Positions 31,433 to 44,216 of a stretch of 64,000 nt of DNA are shown one piece after another (position 1 is the stretch's first letter; each line of letters begins with the position of its first letter). The notes under the pieces were generated by a model. It saw only the letters and a program-made list of their open reading frames with translations. It had not been told where the DNA came from and searched no databases. Both the position numbers and the translations under genes were made by a program. The stretch is taken from the NCBI RefSeq assembly GCF_009914755.1, contig NC_060938.1. The stretch is one strand, 5' to 3'. The stretch is from the human T2T-CHM13v2.0 reference genome, Homo sapiens.

Positions 31433-34035
31433 AGGCAAAAGACATTATTTTACAGGTCTAGTGCCCTGTGCCCCTCACTGTAATGGGGGTGGATATGGGC
31501 TTCACAGGACATGAAATTCATCAAACAGTTGCTGGTTGAAGGTGGGAAAATCTTGCGGGACCAGCCTCCAGAACAGAGCCTGTGGTGCACTGTTTCATCC
31601 CGTAGCCCTGGTAAGAAAACCTGGCTGTGCCGTGCTTTATGTTCACCTGCATTTGCCCTGTTCAGAGGCCTGAGCTACTGTGGACACATAAGTCTGCTCA
31701 AACACTCCCCATCCCAATATTCTATCTGGTATTGAGCATGACACCCTGTCTTCACTGAGCATGTGTTTATGCAGTTTTGTGACCACCTATCCATTTTACA
31801 ACAGGAAGACTGAGGCCCCCAAAAAAGGCAAAGACTGGTCCATATCCCAGAAATTGGGAAGAGCACAGAGTATTAGGAAGGCAGCCAGCTTCCAAGGCCT
31901 TGCATGCACCCCACCCATCAGGTTTGCTTTGGAAATGAGTGCTCTTAAGTCCTGGAAAACCCTGTGCTCTCCTTTCTACCTGGGCTTTCTACCCTTCCTT
32001 ATTCTCACATAGGTGTGCAGGCATGAACACACAAACACACCACACACACGCACACACACAGGCTTCTAAGGTGGAGATCATGGAGGTGAGGTTAGAGAAG
32101 AGGAAACCAGAGAAGTGACAAAACGGGAAGAAATAGAAGAGGCAGCTTTGCCATGAGGCAGAGGCATCCACTACCCCAGCTACATGACCAGGAGCTGACA
32201 GCATGGGATGAAGGATGCTCCAGGTTCCCTGGGTTCTTCCAGGCCTGGGGACCTTCCCAGCTGTTTCAAGAGGACAGGACAGGGGTTGTGACTCCCACCT
32301 CTGTGGGCACCTGGAACTAAAATGAGCTATGCCCTCCCCCAACCACCCCATGTGATATAAAGTGAGGCTACGGGAAAGAAAACCTTCGTTTTCTCTCTCA
32401 TAAATAGGGGTACTCAAAAGGAATAATACCAAGAATTCTAGATACTCATAAGTGTCTGCTCCCCTTGGCTCTTCATTGGTAACTCACTGTGCTTTGAGAC
32501 TCTGGGAAGAGGCTTTTCAGGTTCTAGAGGTCCTTCAGAGAAGAGAGAGGCCTAGAGATGTGGGCAGATGAGGACTTGGAATAAAGCAGAATGTGACAAT
32601 GCACTGGGCTCTGGAGTGTGGGGCCCAGAAAAAATACTAGTTTTTTGGGCTGTCCTTGAGGTCCTCATTCGGAAGTGGAAGAAAATAATGTCTCTGAATG
32701 CTGTTAAAATGTTTAATGAGTGCACAGCACACTCAAAGAGGCTGAGGAAAATAGGAATCAAGGGAGGTTTCCGAGGTTACTTTTATGGCCCTTGGAGTCT
32801 TCAGATACTGCTCCCTTTCCCAGGGGTCCCTGAATAGCCACTGCCTTGAGAATTCCCCAGTGCAGGTGCCTGTTTTGTGATGCTTCCACCTGGGACTTCA
32901 GGGCTAGTGGAGGCCTCTAGGTGGCGGCAGACCCCGTGTTTCTTATGCCCGCTGGGCTTTACTGGAGCAGCTGGAGCTAGGGGGAGAGTCAGCCTGAGGT
33001 CCTGCAGCTCCTGTTATCATTCATGATCTCCACATTATTGGGTGGCCAAAAGCGGGCAGAAGGGCTTTGTGATTTTCCATGTTATTTTACTCAGCGACTC
33101 TTCCCCTAGCACTCACCCTGTGGCAGCTACCTTGGTAGGTTCACCATGTGGTACCAAAAATGATTATGTTATCCCTGCCTCCCGGCGGGAGCCCACGGTC
33201 TGAGGACTGCAGGACAAAAACACTAAAGCAAGTACATGTGAAAGAAAAGAACATTTTATAATGGAAATAAAGTAGAATGTTGGGAGGGAGGGCTGGGGAG
33301 AGGTTGCCTGGAGGGGACATGAATGCCTCCCTGAGGTGACATTATGTTGTCACCAGAATGACAACAGAGAGCCAGTCCTGCGCAGGTGTGGAAAGTGTGT
33401 CAGGGAAAAGCCACTCTTTGTGAAAAGACTCACTGGCACAGGTGTGTTCAGCAGAGGAGGTTATAACGGGACAATTGTGGCGGCAGGCAGCCTGAGAAAG
33501 AAAGGAAAAGAGGGGAGGGAGGATCCTGGGGACTGAAAGAAGAGATTAGTCATTTGCCCCTCTCTGACAAAATTTCCCTGAATTTTAGCACATGTTGACA
33601 ACAAATACTATCTCACAACTTTTGTGAACCAGAATCTCGATATAGCTTAGTTGGGTGCCTCTGCCTCAAGGTCTCTTACGAGGCTGGGGCTGTGATTTCA
33701 ACTGAAGCTGGATTTGAGGAGAGATCAGCCTTCTATCTGCCTCATGGAAACTGGCACGATTCAGTGTGAACTGAGAGCCCGAGTTCCTTCCTCTCGATTG
33801 GCCTGGGCATCTCCTCAGTTCTCTATCATGTGGATCTGTGCCTAGAGCATCTTAGGACACTGTAGATTACTTCCTCATCTTGAGGATTACAATACAGAGA
33901 TGGAAAATGAAAGAGATAGACAGACATATGCAGAGAAAAAGAGAGAAAGGGAGACAGAGAGATTGAGAGAGGACGCACAGGACAGAGCAAGTAAGAGGAA
34001 AATAATAGCTGTTTTAGAAATATAAATTTGGAAGT

Positions 34036-34374
34036 TGCAGTAGACTATGTGATTCCCCACCATGTTCACATACCAGAACCTTAATCCCCAGTGTAATGGC
34101 CTTAGCAGGTCAGAGGTAATTAAGTCCAAAGCATGAGGACCTCATGATAGCGATTACGGGCTTTGTAAAAGAAACCGCAGAAGGCTGTCTCTCCCTCTCT
34201 CTGCTAAATGAGAAAACAACCTGAAGTCTGGAGTTTGAAACTCAGAAGAGAGTCCTTACCAGACCCCAACCATGCTGGAAGCCCAATCTCAAATTTCTGG
34301 CCTCTAGAACTAATGTCTTTTATTTATAAGTTGCCTAGTCTATGCTTTTTGGTATAGAAGTCTGAACTAAGTCA
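34036..34374. mobile_element. MaLR LTR, mirror copy
   Basis: Reverse complement of 13773..14110. Confidence 0.75.
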
Positions 34375-35269
34375 GAAGTGATAACCTATCACATTTGTTG
34401 TTTTCCCTTTGACAGAAACTAGAACCAGGTCCCCAAAGAGTTCATCCAATGACTAGCAGAAATTCTTCAGTTTGCAGAATGACAGATAAGAAAAGATACA
34501 ACTTGTTGAAAGAATGAAATTTATTCCACTTATGAGACTTCTAAAAAGTGGCTAAAATTGGTCGGAACCAATGTGGTCAACTGGAGTCTGTGTGAAATAA
34601 GCTCACTGATGTGAAAGCCCAAATTTCCATCACATGTTTTGTACTAACTGTCCCCAAATTTGCACATGTGATCTGTGTGTAGCAAGAAAAAATAGTTGTT
34701 CATGCCCAGTGATTTTCCATACATTTTTCCTTTAAGCAATTCCGTACTAATCCAGAACCTACCTCCTAAACCTTTCTGAGAATATTACTACCTTTAAGTA
34801 AGCACAGGGAAACAGACTTGAGCTGGAATCCCATCTCTTTGTTAGAAACCCGGTGTTATAGTACCTGCTTCTGAGGCACTGAGAGGTGAGCTGCGTTTTA
34901 AAATAACAGAGTCACTCACAACTTAGTGTTGTTGTGAGACTTTGTTGGGGGCGCCCACCACATAGGCTGAGATGAGGCATATACATATGATTCTAAAAAT
35001 AATGCACAGCACTGGAATATTTAATGCCAGAAGACAGTATCTGATTTTCTTTTAATTTCAACCTCTTCTGCTGTGGAATGGAAAATTAAGGCCATATATA
35101 TAAAATATATATCTTTTATGTATAAAGATACATAAACTATGTATCTTTTATATATAAAGATATATATGTATAAGTTTATATATTATATATAGTTATATAT
35201 AATTGATATATATATAGTTATATATAATATATAAATAAAATTATTTATATACATTATATATATATATAT

Positions 35270-35555
35270 TTTTTGAGACACAGTCTCGCTCTGTCACCCA
35301 GGCTGGAGTGCAGTGGCAGGATCATGGCTCAATGTAATCTCTGCTTCCTGGGCTCAAGTGATTCTTACACCTCAGCCTCCTGAGTGGCTGGGATTACAGG
35401 CATGCATCAACACATCTGGCTAATTTTTGGATTTTTAGTAGAGAAGGGTTTTTGCCATGCTGGCCATGGCTGGTTTCAAACCCCTGGCCTTAAGTGTTCC
35501 AGCTGCCTTGGTCTACCAATCTGCTAAGATTACAGCAAGAGCCACTGCATCCAAC
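35270..35555 (-). mobile_element. Old Alu, mirror copy, preceded by (TA)n tract ~35095-35270
   Basis: Reverse complement of 12634..12922. Confidence 0.88.
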
Positions 35556-37254
35556 CGATTTTGATTCATTCTATCTCATATATCACCAAAGACTGTTTTT
35601 GGAAGTTGATGTTAGCATAATCCCATTATGCATACTTCAGGGCTGGGGAGACCTGAAGCACACAGTCATTTTCATATGGTCACAGAAATGAAAAGGAAAA
35701 GAAGATTTTAACCCAACTCTGTTCTCTCAAACCTGGGGCCCTGGCTGCATTTAGAACTTTTTGGGAAGTAAGGGACATAATTGTGTTTGCATAACTGTTT
35801 ACAGGTAAAGAGTTGACATGGGAGAGGAGGGTGAGCAATCAGCAGCCCAGCAGGGACTTTGCATAGATTTATGGAGGAAAAGGGCTCAGGGGATAAAACC
35901 TTGAAGAAGTTAACAGACTTCCCTTGTGACAGAACCTAACAGAATTTAGAACTTTGGGAACCAGAAACCCACATTCTAGAGACAGCCCTGTATCTAGCTA
36001 ACTTCTTGGGAGATGCTTGAGAGGGCACTGTGTTCTCATTGTAGGTTATATTCCCAAGCTGTTGCCTGAGAAAGGCCCAAAGTGAGAGCCTTTTCTGACA
36101 GTATACATACTGGCTCAGCCTACATCCTTGATACCATTGGCCATTCGACAAGAGGCACCCACAGGTAACACAGTGTAGCCCAGGGCAGTTCCGTCCATGC
36201 CAGGCCACCTGTGTCATCTAATCTGGGCAACCCGACCCTGCCTACAATTACCCTGTGTTGCAAGGGGAGCAGGAAAGGAGGGGGCTTTTCCTCACAGGGT
36301 CAGGTTTTAAGACACAGGAACCCTGGTGGGTCTGTCATGTTCATACCCAGGTCACGGTTGGTGGAATAAAAAGTTGTGAGTTGCGGACCAAGTACGTCTA
36401 CTCAGATGTGAATCCCAAGGCCTTAAGCTGTCCTCGGGTTTCCTCATTGGCTGGGGGTCTATGCAGATACTCCTATGTTCCTGATCTAGGAAACAGAATT
36501 TGTAATGGAGATGTCACCTGGTGGTAAAAACAAAGAAGACAATTAACTTTTTTTGCTGCTGGGAACACTCTTTGTAGAGCTGCATTAAAATCAGTGAGCA
36601 GATATTTGATGGGTTCAAGTCCCCCATCTCCTTGGACAACTGGCAGGTTCACCACACCCCCAAGCATGGCATACAATGAGTTATGGTGAGAGCAGGCACA
36701 TGGGGGTCTCTACAGAGAGGGACCTGACAAAACCAGGATGGGCCCAGGATCCAGACCCAAATATGGAATTTCTCTGCGCTTTCTCCTAGGGGATTTCCAT
36801 GAGTGACCCAAAGATCTACCCCCCAAAAATCTAGCCTTAACTGGTCCCAGTGGCAACTTGGTTAAGTGTAAAGTCCCTTTTTACATTCTTGTAGAAATAT
36901 CAGAGAAGAGCTTTGTGTTGTTTTTACTTTACACTAGGCTGCATTTATTCATGTTACTACAGTTTGTATAGTTTTAATTAGTCCCCCCTGATATCATCTG
37001 TAGCAGGCAGGTTCACGGTACTGCCAGACTTTCTCCAAGACTTGAAAGCCACCACTATCACTAATACTCTACAAAAATAGGGAAGAGTTTACATGAAAAA
37101 GGGGTTATATTGTTTCCTGCATTTGTCTGCAATGTGTCATCTAAGAGAACTCATCCCAGTAGCCCATCAGGGCAGAAGTGGTGCCCTCACATATCTTTGT
37201 AATGTTATATAATGGAGGTCACTTCCCAGAGTGGTTTAGCCTTTCAATGGCTAT

Positions 37255-38170
37255 TATTTCTGACCAAAATGGAATAAAACTAGAAATGAATAACAGAACA
37301 AAACAAAAATAGCAACATATATATGGAAATTAAACAACTCACTTTTGAGCATGCTCATGTTTAAGGGTTGTAAGACTTAATATTATGAATAATGCTTATG
37401 ATGTCTAAAGCGAGTTACAGATTCAATGCAATCCCTTTTAAGTTAAGAACTTTTTTTTTGAAATAGAAAAAGGAACCAACAAATTATATGGAATCTCAAG
37501 CGACCATAAAGAGCCCAAAAATGTTTAAAAAAAAACAATGTTAGTGACCTCACCTTTTCTGATTTCAAAGCACATTACAAAGCAACAGCAATGAAAACAG
37601 TTTGTTTCTGGCATAAAGACAGACAATTTTTCCAATAAAACAGAAGGTAGCACATATGTAAACCTCACACATATGAGCAAGTAGCTATTTGCATACCAAT
37701 ATTCATTGCAGCATTATTCAGAAAGGCCAATAGGTGAAAGCAACACAAACTTTCCTCATAGAATGAATAAATAAATACAATTTGTAATATAAAAGTAATG
37801 GAATATTACTTAGCTTTTAAAGGCAGAAAATCTTGTACCATCCACAATAAAGAGGAATCTTGAGAATATAATGCTAAGTAAAATTAGTCACAATAAAACA
37901 GATACTCTATGATTCAACTTATATGTAATATCTAAAGTATTGAAACTTAGAACCAGAAAATAGAATGATTTTTATCATGAGCCAGGTGGTAAGGACAATG
38001 GGTAGTTGTCATTTCATGTGTACTGAGTTTTAGTTTTGCAAAAGAAAAAATTTTACAAATATGTTGCATAACAATGTAAATACACTTAACATGACTGAAC
38101 TGTATAAGAAAAAATATTAAAGATTCTAAATTTTATGTTATGTATTTTTACCACAATCGAAATTAAAAAT
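37255..38170 (+). mobile_element. Ancient L1M fragments, mirror copy
   Basis: tacagattcaatgcaatccc and aatggaatattacttagc L1 motifs. Confidence 0.65.
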
Positions 38171-38180
38171 GACACCCAAG

Positions 38181-38475
38181 GGCCAAGAGTGATCACTCAT
38201 GCCTGTAATCCCAGCACTCTGGGAGGCTGAGGCATGCAGGTTACTTGAGGCCATAAGTTCAAGACCAGCCTGGCCAACATGGTGAAACCCCAGCTTCATG
38301 AAAAATACAAAAATTAGCCAGGCGCGGTGGTGCACAACTTTAATGCCAGCTACTCAAGAGGCAGCAGCTGGAGAATTGCTTTAACCTGGGAGGTGGAGGT
38401 TGCAGTGATCCAAGATTGTGCCACTGCACTTTGGCAACAGGGTGAGAGTTTGTCAAAAAAAAAAAAAAAAAAAAA
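38181..38475 (+). mobile_element. Alu (AluS-like), mirror copy
   Basis: ggccaagagtg...gcctgtaatcccagcac...poly(A). Confidence 0.92.
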
Positions 38476-40452
38476 GACACCCGAAGAGACAGAGTTACAA
38501 AGTTTCTGAAAAATTATCTTCAAATCGCATAAATCTTTCTTTCACACTAAGATAATATAAACAATAGATGTTGAAATTAAGACAATTTCCGTTATTACTC
38601 ACTTAGACAGAATAAATTATTGGCCATCACATAAGAAGAAAATATACAAGTCATAAACAAAATAGGGGCAATATTTATACAGGCAAACAAACAGTTAAAT
38701 CATTATATTAACAAAAGACATAGGGATGGTTCATATTTGACTTCTGCCCCACACTGTCTTAATGCATACAGAGTTGAATATTGTTATACAATATTATATT
38801 GTACAAATTAAAACTTAAAACAATAAACTAATATAAGGTGCCCTACCCTAAAACATGAAACACAGAAATGTAAAATTGCAAAACAAAGTTAAAATAAACA
38901 TTAACCCCCAAATTCTTATTTGAATAATGAAAATCAAAATCATAATAAATAGGTAGAAAGTAAAAACACAATTAACTGATGTGAGACAGCCTACTCTAAA
39001 AAATACAGAAACATAAAATTATAAAACATAATTAAGAGAAACTTTAATCCATAAAATCCTGAATAAACATAGTGTCCAAATGAAAAAGAATCCTAGGTAA
39101 CTACAATTTTTAACTCTTCCTGAGAATCTATGAAAATTATGAATTTTGAATTATTTGGATACAGTTAGGGCAACAACATTTCAGAGAAAACACATTATAA
39201 TTATTACAAAGAGCTGTGATGAGAAAGTTTTAAGGAATAAGCATTTAAGTAATACTAGAGAAAGTTTTAAATTATGCTACTGATGCATTGCTGCTTTTCT
39301 TACACAAAACGGTAAGGCTGTAATCTAGCTTTTAATTGAAAAGTCTTACATTTCTAAATATGGTAACAATATAAATATTGTAAATACAGTATAAAACATT
39401 GACAGATAAAATAAAAATTGGAAATAAATTGTACTATTAGTGAAATAAAAGTTGGGAAAACTGGAAGAAGATGCTAATAGTAACATTGTGCCTAGAGACA
39501 ATTAAACATACAAGCCAAATATTTTAATAAATTATAAATTATATAATTTATACATAATATATACATTTGAGCATGCTATTTTACAACTTCTGAAAGGAAA
39601 TTACAGACAAATGTGACACATGATAATTCAGAAAGTGAAAACACAGTCATAGTAATCTTCATATTAAAGAAGACAGAATCATAAAATACTAAGTGAGAAA
39701 TAAAGTAATAATTGTGAATTCAATATATGTTGAACAATATTCTAATTTCCCTTACGGAAAAAGTTTTTGTAAGAAATCAGTAAAATGAGTACATACAATA
39801 AACCATCCTACAGTAGAGGCTGTTGGCATATAGAGTTTACATTTCTATGATTAGGTCCTACTAAGAAAAAGGAAATTTTAAAATAAAATACTTAGACTTT
39901 CCTATTTAATAAGATAATTTTTGCCTATAAAGTTTTTCAGTCTAATTTTCTTGTAGAATTAGGTTTTAACCGTCGTAAAACTTGACATTATGAAGCAGAA
40001 AACAGGTGTCATCTGTCTCTGGTGTTCCTGGAATTTCTAACCCAAATGCCAATTCCTCCACAACTCCCCTCACACACTTCTGAATTGAAGCAGAACAGAT
40101 TTATTAAAAATGGCATAACAGCGGTCTCCAGAAATGTGCAGAGATTTTCCCAGATCCCCAAAAGCAATGACAAACTATTCAGATCATTTAGGTTCTCACA
40201 AGATACTGGGAGGACTTTGGCTTTCAGTGTGAATTCACTGGAAGATTCTAAGAGAGAGGGAGAGAGAGAGAATGTATGTGTGTTGAAATAAGAACCCCAC
40301 CTTATGTGTTTATTGTGGAAATTGAAAATGAAAGCCTAAAGTTGAAAATTAAAATCACAGATGATAGCACATTGCAAACTCTTTTCTGTGCTAGATGGGT
40401 CGTTCTAGGGTGTAGGACCCTGGAAACACCGTTTTCCCCTCCTTCCGGAAAG

Positions 40453-43400
40453 AGCTACTCACACTGCTCAAAGCCTGCATCCACATGTACCATGTCAAAG
40501 ACCAGCTCAAGAGCCTGGACCCATATGCCACCTTCAGCAGGGTTGACTGCAGCTGCTTGTTCTTCCTGAGCATCTTCTCCAATGGTGACCTGAGAGTTGC
40601 GGGAGGCATTGGGGCCAGGATTGAACAGAGGAAAAAGGAGCATGGAGGCCAGGTGCTGAGGACCAGGCCATCTTACCTGGAGAGTTCTGGCCCTGAGACA
40701 TCCAGACCAACATGACGTTTAGGTGCAGACAGCTGGCCCTGGGTGGCCCTGTGCTGATCACCGGCCTCGGCCCCTCAAAAAGTGGGAAATGGAAGAATGG
40801 CTTGGAAATGGGCCCTGTCGACAGTGTGTCACCTGAGCACATTCTCCCAGGGGCCCAAGAGGGCCATTGTGTCTCTAGAACCAGAACTGGAAGGTGAAAC
40901 TGCCAGGGGGAACAAGGAAGAGGGTCCTCAGTTGGGTGGAGGGTCTCACAGCAAGACGCCTGGCTTAATCAAGCTTGGCCATTCCTGAAGCATGTTCAGT
41001 GACTAAAAGTGCCTAACATGAGCAGCTGGAACAGACTCTCTGAGAGCTGCAAGATGCATGGGGACCTCAAGTACCTGTTTGTAATTACAGCCAAGGACCA
41101 GCAGGCAGCATTACTGCATCCACATGGGCTTTTGCTGGAACCAGTAAGTCTCTGCCAGCCCCTCCCAGGTTCCTGGGATGCCACTTGTTCTGGGTCTGTG
41201 GACAGATAACCAGGACACTTACTCAGTGAAGCCCATCGCTCAACCCCAGCCCCACCATACCCTGTTTCCTAAGCCATTCTTCATCCCAGAAGGAAAGGCA
41301 ATGCCTTTGTCACACAGCCCCTGCCTTGTGTCATGTCATATGGGGGTATGGAATGAACCCGTCAGCTTAAACTCCAGTCCTTCTGCCTGAGGAATCTGTC
41401 CCCGCTGTCTGAGTCGCCCTCTAGGGAGCTGTCAGTGGGAGAGAGAGCAGCTGTGGAAGAGAGTCCCACCTGCTTCTGTTTGACTTCAGGACAGCCTTTC
41501 AGGGCAAGAACCCAGAGCAGATGGAGGCCTCAAAGAAGCCTGTGGCAGGGCTCTGGGCTTGGTGGGCTAAGCATCTCCCTCTCTGATGACTGCCATGGGG
41601 CCCACAACAACTCATTCAAGAGGGTCACCACCACATTGCAGGTGTGCAGCTGGACGGTTCCCCAGGCAGAGCCTGCCATGGACTGCATGCACACAGAGGA
41701 TGCACACCTTGAAGTTGGACAATGAGGAGAACATTCCTGAAGAGGTGCATGCAGCCTGGCCCTGCCCTCACTGGGAACCCCCTTCCATCTGGGTACTAGA
41801 CAGAATTCTGTGCACTTTTCTGGAGGCTCCATGCTGGTCTGTTCATTTGGAAGTTTGATGCTCTCCGTGAGGAAGTAACAAAAGAGATATCTCAGAGCGG
41901 GTTGTGGGTCACAGGCTGAGCGATTTTCTCCCTCCCTAGTCCCTCTGCAGACACGGGGCTGGAACAAGGACCTGTGGATAATGAGGGAACTTCTCTTCAA
42001 GAACCGGCCTGAGCAGCTGCTTCAAGAAAGAGCCACATTAAAGGTGCCTATAGCCCCTGATGAGGGAATGGCAGCCTCAGGCCCGCCTGCCATCTGTGAG
42101 CAGGTTTTCTTCCTAACAGGATGAAAGCAAAGAAAGCTGGAATGAGCCCAGCCCTCTCAGGCACCTTGAAGACTGTTGGGGTTCCTTCCAGCCCTTCTAG
42201 CCTTATGCTTTTTGGCAGGCCACTCAGGCACCTTTTTCCAGCCTCTGAGACTTCCATGCTCTGGAAGAAGAGGGTCCCACTTTTCACTAGGCTATGGGGC
42301 CAGGCCCATCCAGCTCCCGGCTGCCACTAACAACCATGGGGCTCTCACCTGGGCACACACTGCCCAAACATGGCCCTTCTAAGGCAGAAGATCATGTGTC
42401 TTGCAGTTCCAGCTTTCTAGGGCTTAAAAGTTATCAGTGCTGTTATTAAGATAGGGAAGTGAGAAAGGAAAACTTGCTGTAAAAGTTTCCCATAATCTTA
42501 CCACGGAGATCTTCAGCACAGATGACAGCACAGGCATGGCTGCTGGGGAGGCTGAAGGAGAGTGTCCAGCCTGTTCTGCCAGCTGGTCCTTGCCAGGGGT
42601 GTCTCGTGACCCAGTCCCTTAGAGAAGCATGCAGATATCTCAGCAAGTATCTGGAAGGTGCAGATCAGGGCAACCCAGCACTACTGATGGTGGAGTGGGC
42701 CTACCTCCCATCAAGCTGTGTCTCCGCAGCTGACCCTTGAAGCCAGGAGGTGATTTACAACATGGGCAAGGCAGTGAGCCCCATCAGCTGTGTGGCCTTC
42801 AACATTCACTTCAACTCGGACATCTCACCAGAAAGCAGTGGGGACTGGCCAATGCAGAAGCCTGCAAAGTGGAACAGAGCGTCATGGGGTGGGGGATGTG
42901 GGGCCTGCCTGCTCATCTGAGCACTGCTCCCTGAGGGTGTGATCTGCAGGCTTCCTGAAGGCGGGCTGTGAGCTCATCTCTGAGGCCCTGAGACTGTGGA
43001 ACATAGCTGAGGCCAAGCCCATGGGGATTTGTGTCTACTTGCACCTCCTTGCTCATCTCAGTACACTACAGGTGACTGTGCCGAGGTGGGCCTTGAGCAT
43101 CCCCTGGGCTGTGTCAGCAAACGGCTCTGGGCCTGGCCTGGCATTGAGGGATGGCAAAAAAGGAGCCTGGGGTTGCATTGTCACCCCCTATGGTAGCATA
43201 AAATGAGAGAGTCCAGACCTGCAGGACTGGAACCCTAACAAAGGGGTTAGGAGGCTGCTCACTTTCCCTCAGGGACCCATGTGGAGGAGCTGAGGGAGGT
43301 TAAGGAGACCCTAGGGACTCACTTGTTCTGTCTGGGCTTCCCTCTGCTCCATCGTTTGATGACCATTTTCTGGGAAGAGCTCAGGAACCTCCTGTGCTCT

Positions 43401-44216
43401 AGTGAGATGGGGCCTCCCCTCACAGGGTATTCTGAGACTGTGAGTGAGAAGCTAACACAGTGCCTTGCAATACTCACGGGAGCTGTCATCCTCTGTGACC
43501 ATCACGTGGCCTTGTAGTGTTCAGACTGCCTGGCCTGCCTGGGGTTTGGTGAGGCTGTTTTGTGGTCAGGTGCTTTAGAAGCTCACTTTCTCTGCAATCA
43601 AACAGTGACTGTTTTCATGTCTGTTTATGGGTTTAAAAAATCCTAATATTTCCTTTATAGTAGTTCACCTTGTATGTGTTTATTTGTATAAATTTTATTA
43701 GAGTAAAGAGAGCTTAAGACAATAGCATTTTAAGGTCTTAATGGGGCATAGACTTTCATGTCACAACAGCTAATGTTGACCTCCTTTTGCTGCCTTTGTG
43801 TAAATTACACATAAAAAGTGCAGCCAGAGGTGACTAGAGCTGAGCTGCTTGGGCTTGCTTGCTGGCCTGCAGTCAGGTGGACTCTGGCTGTGAGGCAGTG
43901 CCCACCCTGGATCTACATCCCCCACCCTCTCTCCTTAGTCCCTGAGTAACCAACAAGGCCGTGCTAATGAGAGGGCGAGTGATGGGCATCGGGCACCCCA
44001 ATACTATCCGGGAAGATTTAAATGCCATCTGGGCTGGAGCTGTTGGGATTAGGGGCTGTGGCTGTCTTGGCTTGTCATGGTGCCACCCACAGATGTGCCT
44101 GCCCTGTGCTGCTTCTCCAGCAGCCGGCTGCCCATGGCCCTGAGCCTGTCACACCATGCTTGCTACCTCATGCTGCTTGTGTTTGAAAAACCCATCCGGA
44201 GATGACGCTGCTGGAT
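40453..44216 (+). pseudogene. CLUHP: Unprocessed (duplicated) CLUH pseudogene, right-arm copy
   Basis: Exon remnants at ~40453-40596, ~40779-40893 (|gt), ~40990-41143 (|gtaagt), ~41597-41744, 41951-42043 (cag|...|gt), 42730-42831 EVIYNMGKAVSPISCVAFNIHFNSDISP (CLUH [29 protein letters not shown]), 42950-43085 GFLKAGCELISEAL (GFLKEGCELINEAL), 43939-44017 and 44093-44216 (|gtaagt). Multiple disruptions. Related 3' sequence may extend to ~44590. Confidence 0.93.
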
